64,000 bases of DNA. Origin: an uncultured Gammaproteobacteria bacterium (GTDB lineage Bacteria; Pseudomonadota; Gammaproteobacteria; Pseudomonadales; Pseudohongiellaceae). The notes beneath the pieces are model-generated. The model worked only from the letters and a program-made list of their open reading frames with translations, was not told the DNA's origin and ran no database searches. Shown here piece by piece: positions 55,956 through 64,000 of this stretch. Position numbers and translations under genes: made by a program. The stretch is from assembly GCA_903889815.1 (NCBI GenBank), contig CAISYX010000016.1:3494-67493 (forward strand), written 5' to 3'. How positions within the stretch are numbered: the first letter of the stretch is position 1; every line of letters begins with the position of its first letter.

Positions 55956-56073
55956 ACGGTTCGCTCAAGGGTCAGATTGACACCGTGGCATTGAAACATG
56001 CCGGACGGCAGGTCGCCAGCGCGCCCGATAGCCCGTATCATCGGGCTCCGATTCCTCCCTAGGACACCATCCC

Positions 56074-56691
56074 ATGAAAGCAGCGGCGCGCGCAAAACTG
56101 GCGCAGCTTGCCCAGCCACTATGGTGCGATCGCTATCTGGTAGACACCAATGTGTTGATTGCGGCCAGCGCGGCCATGGCCAGACAGCGCGGAGAGACCT
56201 TGCTTCCCCATCATCTGGAGGTCACGCCGGACGACCCGTTATTGCAGGCCCGGGTGCTGACCTGGCTGGAAGGTTTCGCTCGCAGTCCTGCGCGGCTTGT
56301 ACTGGACACCGCTGGCGCCATCAACATCGAGTATCACCGCAAGCTCGCCTTCAACGACTATGGTATCCAGGTACTGATGTGGAAACTGAGCCGGGACGAA
56401 GTCGACCGGGTGCAGATCGACTTCGACGCCGATGGCAACGGCATCGTTCCGCAGCCGCTTGATGACGTCGTGCACGACCTGGCCGACCGCAAGATGGTGG
56501 CCGCCGCCCTGCAGGCACTTTTGCTGCCAGGCAACAGTGCGATAGCCTTTGCAGGGGATACCGACTGGCACGACTGGGAGGCACAACTCACGCGCACAGG
56601 CCTGACCCTGCTGCCCCTCATCCCCGACTGGTCCAGAGCGCGCCACGCAGAGAAACAGCAACGACATCAAAAGGTGCTCCACCATGACTGA
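56074..56691 (+). CDS. PIN-like nuclease domain protein (putative)
   Basis: 205 aa. YLVDTNVLIAAS (Asp24 after a beta-strand). Later acidic positions sit in PIN-like contexts: NIEYH, HDLADRKMVAAAL, FAGDTDW. The stop overlaps the next gene by 8 nt. The fold call is from motif reading only. Confidence 0.6.
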   Translation: MKAAARAKLAQLAQPLWCDRYLVDTNVLIAASAAMARQRGETLLPHHLEVTPDDPLLQARVLTWLEGFARSPARLVLDTAGAINIEYHRKLAFNDYGIQVLMWKLSRDEVDRVQIDFDADGNGIVPQPLDDVVHDLADRKMVAAALQALLLPGNSAIAFAGDTDWHDWEAQLTRTGLTLLPLIPDWSRARHAEKQQRHQKVLHHD

Positions 56692-57364
56692 ATTCTTCCG
56701 CTTCCCTCACACCCATCATCTGATCTGGCTGGGGGACGGCGAGCCGCGCGGCGACAAGGTGCTGCCGGCCCATGAGGTCGAGGTGATGCTGCAGCATGAG
56801 CTGATCATCGAAGAGAAACTGGATGGCGCAAACCTCGGCATCTCGCTGGACAACGCAGGTGAACTGCAGGCGCAGAATCGTGGCAGTTACCTCGAGAGGC
56901 CCTTCAACGGGCAGTTCTCACGCCTGAATTCGTGGATCGGCCAGTACGAGTTTGCCTTGAAGAGCCATCTGTCCCCCGACGTCATCCTGTTTGGCGAATG
57001 GTGCGCGGCGCAACATTCCCTGGACTACCATGCCTTGCCGGACTGGTTTCTGCTGTTCGATGTCTATGATCGTTCAGAGGGGAAATTCTGGAGTGTCGCG
57101 CGGCGCAACGCTTTCGCTCAGTTGCTGGGGCTTGCTCTCGTACCCGAACTGGGCCGTGGCCAGTTCACACGCAAGTCGCTGACGCAGTTTCTGGAGCAGG
57201 CCACCAGCTGCTACCGTGCCGGCCAGGTGGAAGGTATCGTATTGCGACTCGACTCGCCGCTGTGGAATGAAGAGCGCGCCAAGTTCGTGAACAAGGGTTT
57301 CGTGCAGGCCATTGAAGAACACTGGCGCAGCAGGACGATGCAGTGGAACCAGGTCGCTCCCTGA
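56684..57364 (+). CDS. ATP-dependent RNA-ligase-like nucleotidyltransferase (minimal, single domain)
   Basis: 226 aa. Ligase motifs: I EEKLDGAN (Lys45), III LFGEW, IIIa FLLFDV, IV EGIVLR, V AKFVNK. No OB or C-terminal domain. Confidence 0.75.
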   Translation: MTEFFRFPHTHHLIWLGDGEPRGDKVLPAHEVEVMLQHELIIEEKLDGANLGISLDNAGELQAQNRGSYLERPFNGQFSRLNSWIGQYEFALKSHLSPDVILFGEWCAAQHSLDYHALPDWFLLFDVYDRSEGKFWSVARRNAFAQLLGLALVPELGRGQFTRKSLTQFLEQATSCYRAGQVEGIVLRLDSPLWNEERAKFVNKGFVQAIEEHWRSRTMQWNQVAP

Positions 57365-57420
57365 CGGGAGCAAACCGGCTGACCGAGACCAGTTTCGTCT
57401 TCAGGTCTGCTTCCACTTGC

Positions 57421-58287
57421 TCACTCGATATTCTGGATCTGCTCCCTCATCTGTTCGATCAAGACCTTCAAATCCACCGCGTTCAGCGTGGTTTCGGCGA
57501 CGATGGACTTTGACGAAAGGGTATTGGCCTCACGGTTCAGCTCCTGCATCAGAAAGTCCAGCCTGCGCCCGGAAGGCTCCGCCAGGCGCAGGACGCGCTC
57601 GACTTCGTTCAGATGGGTTTCCAGTCGGTCCAGCTCTTCATCAATGTCACACTTGTGGGCGTAAATCACGATCTCCTGCTCCAGTCTGGCAGGGTCGAGA
57701 TCGACCTTCAGGGTGTCGAGCCGGTCACGCAGCGCTTGTTGCTGGCGCGCCATGATGTCGGGCATGCGGATGCGGACGGAAGAGACAATTTCGCGTACTG
57801 CCTCGATGCGTTTGCTGATGAAGCCGAACAACTCCTGGCCTTCGCGCTGACGCGTGGCAATGAGGTCTTCAAGGGTGGCGCTGAAAAGTGCCAGAGCGAC
57901 TTCATCCAGATCTTCCGGCAGGGCGTCTGCCTCACGCAGGACCCCCGGCCATTTCAGGATTTCCATCACTGTCAGGGCGGGGCCGCCGCCGGTCAGTGAG
58001 AGGATCTGACCACTGGCTTCGTTAAGCCGGAACACGGCCTCCACATCGATCTGCAACGCCCCACTCTTGCGATCTTCCGATTCAATGCGCAGCTGGCAAT
58101 CGATCTTTCCGCGTGACAATGTTTTGCGCAGCGACTCGCGAATGGCCGGCTCCAGGGCGCGCAGTGCTTCTGGGAAGCGGAAAGCTGTTTCAAGATAGCG
58201 ATGATTGACTGACCGGATCTCCCACACCAGGATTCCGCGACCAAAAGGGATTTGCTTTCTTGCGAAAGCCGTCATGCTCTGAATCAT
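57421..58287 (-). CDS. yicC: YicC-family endoribonuclease / stress-induced protein
   Basis: ATG 58287 after AGGAG gives MIQSMTAFARKQIPFGRGILVWEIRSVNHRYLE (compare E. coli MIRSMTAYAR...). 288 aa. C-terminal EANTLSSKS and EQMREQIQNIE. Confidence 0.92.
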   Translation of the reverse strand: MIQSMTAFARKQIPFGRGILVWEIRSVNHRYLETAFRFPEALRALEPAIRESLRKTLSRGKIDCQLRIESEDRKSGALQIDVEAVFRLNEASGQILSLTGGGPALTVMEILKWPGVLREADALPEDLDEVALALFSATLEDLIATRQREGQELFGFISKRIEAVREIVSSVRIRMPDIMARQQQALRDRLDTLKVDLDPARLEQEIVIYAHKCDIDEELDRLETHLNEVERVLRLAEPSGRRLDFLMQELNREANTLSSKSIVAETTLNAVDLKVLIEQMREQIQNIE

Positions 58288-58459
58288 GATCAGGGCTCCT
58301 TGCTGCAAACTTCAATGGAACCCTCAGCGTACGGATCAGCTCCGGATTTCCTGCGGGTTGGAGACAGCATGGTACTCCAATATCCGGCCACTGACTCGCC
58401 ATCCCTGTGCTTATCAAGGATAATCGCGCCTCAATTCAAGAGACTTCCTGTGAGGCAGC

Positions 58460-59188
58460 ATGCAAGACCCGATTCGTCCAAGCCAGCGACATCCCGATCA
58501 ACTGCGCGACATCCGTATCACCCGTCATTACACCAAGCACGCGGAAGGTTCCGTGCTGGTGGAGTTCGGCGATACGAAAGTGATCTGCACCGCCAGCGTT
58601 GAGGATTCGGTACCGCGGTTTCTCAAGGGCAGTGGTACCGGCTGGGTCACGGCGGAATACGGGATGCTGCCGCGTTCGACCGGCTCGCGCATGGACCGAG
58701 AAGCCGTCAGCGGTCGCCAGGGAGGCCGTACTCTCGAGATTTCGAGACTGATCGGCCGTTCACTGCGCGCCGCGATGGACATGAAACTGCTGGGTGAACA
58801 CACCATCAAGATCGACTGTGACGTGATTCAGGCTGATGGCGGCACCCGCACTGCCTCCATTACCGGGGGCTGTGTTGCATTGCATGATGCAATCGGCACG
58901 CTGCTCCGCAGTGGCAAGCTCAAGGCCAATCCTATGAAGCAGCTGATTGCGTCGGTGTCGGTCGGCATTTTCAAGGGTGTGCCGGTGCTGGACCTGGATT
59001 ATGCCGAAGACTCCAATGCCGAGACCGACATGAATGTCGTGATGACCGAGCGCCTGCGTTTCATCGAGCTGCAGGGTACTGGAGAAGAAAATGACTTCGA
59101 CAACACGGAGTTGCAGGCCATGATCTCCCTCGCGCAGAAAGGCATCAGCGAATTGCTGCAGAAGCAGAGGGACGCCCTTGGCATCTGA
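58460..59188 (+). CDS. rph: Ribonuclease PH
   Basis: 242 aa. [51 protein letters not shown]. Confidence 0.95.
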   Translation: MQDPIRPSQRHPDQLRDIRITRHYTKHAEGSVLVEFGDTKVICTASVEDSVPRFLKGSGTGWVTAEYGMLPRSTGSRMDREAVSGRQGGRTLEISRLIGRSLRAAMDMKLLGEHTIKIDCDVIQADGGTRTASITGGCVALHDAIGTLLRSGKLKANPMKQLIASVSVGIFKGVPVLDLDYAEDSNAETDMNVVMTERLRFIELQGTGEENDFDNTELQAMISLAQKGISELLQKQRDALGI

Positions 59189-59216
59189 TTCCTACACCCC
59201 TTGCAAAGGAGCGCCC

Positions 59217-59864
59217 ATGCAGGACTACCAGCGAGCTTTCATCGACTTCGTCATTCGTCACGAGATTCTGCGCTTCGGCAGTTTCACGTTGAAGTCCGGG
59301 CGCACCAGCCCGTATTTCTTCAACGCCGGCCTGTTCAATACCGGTGAAGCTCTGGCCTTCATCGGCAACAGCTACGCAGCAGCTCTGGCGGCTTCGGGAG
59401 TCGAATATGACCTGCTGTTCGGACCGGCATACAAAGGCATCCCGCTGGTAGCGGCCACGGCCACAGCCCTGGCGCAGCAGCACGGCATCAACAAACCCTA
59501 CTGCTTCAACCGCAAGGAAGCCAAGGACCACGGGGAGGGAGGACTGACTGTCGGTGCGCCCCTGCAGGGCCGTGTGCTGATCGTCGATGATGTGATCACG
59601 GCAGGCACGGCGATTCGCGAAGTGATGGACTTGCTGCAACGCACAGGGGCGACGCCAGCGGGCATCCTGGTGGCGCTGGATCGGCAGGAGCGCGGCACGG
59701 GGTCATTGTCTGCAATTCAGGAAATTCGCCAGCAGTACGGAATTCCGGTTATCTGCATCATCTCTCTCGAAATGATCGTCACCTATCTTGGGCGGCAGCA
59801 GGACCCTGCGCTGGCGCAGAGTCTGGCGGCTGTCGAGGCTTACCGGGAACAGTACGGGGTGTGA
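59217..59864 (+). CDS. pyrE: Orotate phosphoribosyltransferase
   Basis: AAGGAG RBS and ATG 59217. 215 aa. [31 protein letters not shown] and the PRPP motif [13 protein letters not shown]. Confidence 0.95.
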   Translation: MQDYQRAFIDFVIRHEILRFGSFTLKSGRTSPYFFNAGLFNTGEALAFIGNSYAAALAASGVEYDLLFGPAYKGIPLVAATATALAQQHGINKPYCFNRKEAKDHGEGGLTVGAPLQGRVLIVDDVITAGTAIREVMDLLQRTGATPAGILVALDRQERGTGSLSAIQEIRQQYGIPVICIISLEMIVTYLGRQQDPALAQSLAAVEAYREQYGV

Positions 59865-59874
59865 TTCAACTCTC

Positions 59875-59925
59875 TGTGGGAGCGGGCTTGCCCGCGAACA
59901 GCTCGCTTGCAAGCAAGCTCCCACG
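59875..59925. repeat. REP-like composite palindromic element / bidirectional terminator between pyrE and slmA
   Basis: ctGTGGGAGCGGGCTTGCCCGCGAAcagctcGCTTGCaaGCAAGCTCCCACgg. Outer 8-bp stem GTGGGAGC/GCTCCCAC enclosing hairpins GCGGGC-tt-GCCCGC and GCTTGC-aa-GCAAGC. The first half resembles Pseudomonas REP sequences as I remember them. Confidence 0.65.
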
Positions 59926-59940
59926 GCATTGAGAGAAGGC

Positions 59941-60540
59941 TCAGGCGAAGGGCGCCAGCATGTTGCGGGACAGGAATTCCCACTGTTCATCCCAATGCTC
60001 GGTTGGCTGTTTCTTGAATTCGCTGCGCACAAACTGCATCAGCCTGCCCTCTGTGCTGGCCATCAACAGATTGGCCATCACGGTTGGAGAGACGGCGCAT
60101 TTGAGAGTCTCGCGAATCTGCGCTTCCCGCAGTACCTGCTTGATCTGCGCCTCAAGGCGATCAAACAGCTGACTGATCCGGACGCGCAGGCGCTCGGTTT
60201 CCCCTTGCAGAGCATCACCCGTCAGCAGCCGGGTCATGCCGGGGTTCTTCTCGGAGAACGTCAGCACCAGGGTCAGGATCTTCTCACAGCGTCTCGCTGC
60301 AGATGGCTCGTCTTCCAGAATGCGCGTGATCCGCGTAAACAGCGTTTCCTCAATGAAGGCGATCAGGCCTTCAAACATCCGCGCCTTGCTCGGGAAATGC
60401 CGGTACAGCGCGGCTTCCGAAACGCCCACCTCCCGGGCCAGTGCAGCCGTGGTGATGCGCTCTCCCGGGCTGCTTTCGAGCATGCGGGCCAGTGACTGCA
60501 GAATGTGTTCCTTGCGTGAAATCCGGACTTCGGCTGGCAT
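59941..60540 (-). CDS. slmA: Nucleoid occlusion factor SlmA (TetR family)
   Basis: 199 aa. [55 protein letters not shown]...[13 protein letters not shown]...FVRSEFK closely parallels E. coli SlmA as I remember it. Confidence 0.85.
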   Translation of the reverse strand: MPAEVRISRKEHILQSLARMLESSPGERITTAALAREVGVSEAALYRHFPSKARMFEGLIAFIEETLFTRITRILEDEPSAARRCEKILTLVLTFSEKNPGMTRLLTGDALQGETERLRVRISQLFDRLEAQIKQVLREAQIRETLKCAVSPTVMANLLMASTEGRLMQFVRSEFKKQPTEHWDEQWEFLSRNMLAPFA

Positions 60541-60556
60541 GTGAGGGTCTTTATCC

Positions 60557-63009
<2,453 letters not shown>

Positions 63010-63073
63010 TGTTCGTGCTGGTCTGCAAATGAGTTCTGGCGCAAGGAGTATCCACCAGAACGCAGGCGGATGG

Positions 63074-64000
63074 CTATCGGAAATCCCCCTGCCTTGGCAG
63101 GGTATATCGCGTATGGATCAGGGCCAGCATCTGACGTGCAATCAACTGCTTGTTGCCTGGACCGAGCACACTGCGGCCCTGCGGCCAAAGGGCGATGGCA
63201 GAGATGTCGTCACTGCCAAACGTCGCGGTTGCATCATTCGCGAAAAGCATGTCCAGTTTCTTGCGCTGCAGCTTGGACAGCGCGAAAGTCTCAATATTGT
63301 GTGTTTCGGCGGCGAAACCCACCGTAAAAGGGCGATTGTCGAGTGCGGCGATGCTGCTGATGATGTCCGGGTTCGGCACCAGTGCGATGCTGAAGGCGTC
63401 TGATGACTTCTTGATCTTCTGTGTCTCGACAGCGGCCGGGCGGTAGTCCGCCACAGCAGCAACGCCGATGAAGATATCGCAATTCTGGGTAGCCACCAGA
63501 CTGGCTTCCAGCATGTCCCGGGCACTGACCACATCCACGCGCTGCACCCGCTCGGGCGTTTGCAATGCCACAGGGCCGCTGATCAGCGTCACGATCGCGC
63601 CTGCAGCGGCCGCTTCTGCAGCCAGTGCGAAACCCATTTTGCCGGAACTGTGATTGCTGATGTAGCGAACCGGGTCCAGAGCCTCCCGGGTGGGACCGGC
63701 GGTGATGCAGATCCGCAACCCCGACAGCAGTGCATCCTCGAACAGTCCCGCCGCAAGCTCAATGATTTGCTGCGGCTCCAGCATGCGTCCAAGCCCGGTA
63801 TCACCGCAGGCTTGCGGTCCGGAGTCCGGCCCGAAAATCAGCATGTCACGCGCGCGCAGCACCGTCAGATTGTCCTGGGTTGCTGCATTGCCCCACATGG
63901 CCTGGTTCATGGCTGGCGCTACAGCCACAGGGGCTGAAGTCGCAAGAATCAGGGTGCTGAGGAGATCATTGGCTTCTCCGGATGCTGCACGGGCCAGAAA
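63074..64000 (-). CDS. coaBC: Bifunctional phosphopantothenoylcysteine decarboxylase / synthetase (N-terminus beyond window)
   Basis: The reading frame stays open to the window edge (...ANDLLSTLILATSAPVAVAPAMNQAMW). CoaB part ITAGPTREALDPVRYISNHSSGKMG. The track shows only the 63074..63928 portion. Confidence 0.92.
   Translation of the reverse strand, partial: FLARAASGEANDLLSTLILATSAPVAVAPAMNQAMWGNAATQDNLTVLRARDMLIFGPDSGPQACGDTGLGRMLEPQQIIELAAGLFEDALLSGLRICITAGPTREALDPVRYISNHSSGKMGFALAAEAAAAGAIVTLISGPVALQTPERVQRVDVVSARDMLEASLVATQNCDIFIGVAAVADYRPAAVETQKIKKSSDAFSIALVPNPDIISSIAALDNRPFTVGFAAETHNIETFALSKLQRKKLDMLFANDATATFGSDDISAIALWPQGRSVLGPGNKQLIARQMLALIHTRYTLPRQGDFR

Noticed and set aside
55029-55994. 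321-aa plus-strand ORF, plus several 80-230-aa ORFs on both strands between 53.4 and 56 kb
   Set aside because: All overlap hrpB, which carries helicase motifs I and II and a full-length architecture. They are GC-driven shadows.

Overview
Origin-proximal chromosomal segment of a gammaproteobacterium with Pseudomonas-type synteny. About 60 protein genes are called. I saw no rRNA or tRNA genes, CRISPR arrays, transposases or integrases.

Left arm, minus strand: gyrB (truncated at the window edge), recF, dnaN, dnaA.

Right arm, plus strand: rpmH-rnpA-yidD-yidC-mnmE, a 380-nt very AT-rich spacer, mnmG-rsmG-parA-parB, the complete atpIBEFHAGDC operon, then glmU and glmS.

From about 25.8 kb the DNA becomes clearly GC-richer, and long antisense shadow ORFs appear in the ORF track. 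This part carries:
- an RpiR-family regulator and a FemAB-like/DUF482 protein
- a periplasmic redox cluster: PQQ dehydrogenase, an unknown secreted protein, and IorAB-type molybdo-iron-sulfur oxidoreductase
- ydfG-like SDR, a small membrane protein and an M32 carboxypeptidase, all translationally coupled
- rlmA, an AI-2E transporter, DUF938-yaaA-hypothetical, yciA-like thioesterase, arfB, uvrD, gcdH, ubiA, an HDOD protein
- the conserved recG-ridA-spoT-rpoZ-gmk and yicC-rph-pyrE blocks
- slmA, argB, algC and coaBC (truncated at the window edge)

Non-coding signals:
- two parS palindromes inside recF
- perfect DnaA boxes plus an AT-rich tract between dnaA and rpmH
- sigma70-like promoters for rpmH and the atp operon
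- an atpC terminator
- one Pseudomonas-REP-like composite palindrome after pyrE

The most unusual item is an 8-nt-overlapping gene pair at 56074..57364: a PIN-like nuclease and a minimal ATP-dependent RNA-ligase-like protein. It lies divergent from hrpB, between gmk and yicC, and is a candidate RNA cleavage/repair or toxin-antidote-type module.

All calls rest on reading translated ORFs and motifs by eye; no database search was run. Motif coordinates I indexed by hand may be off by about 1 nt.
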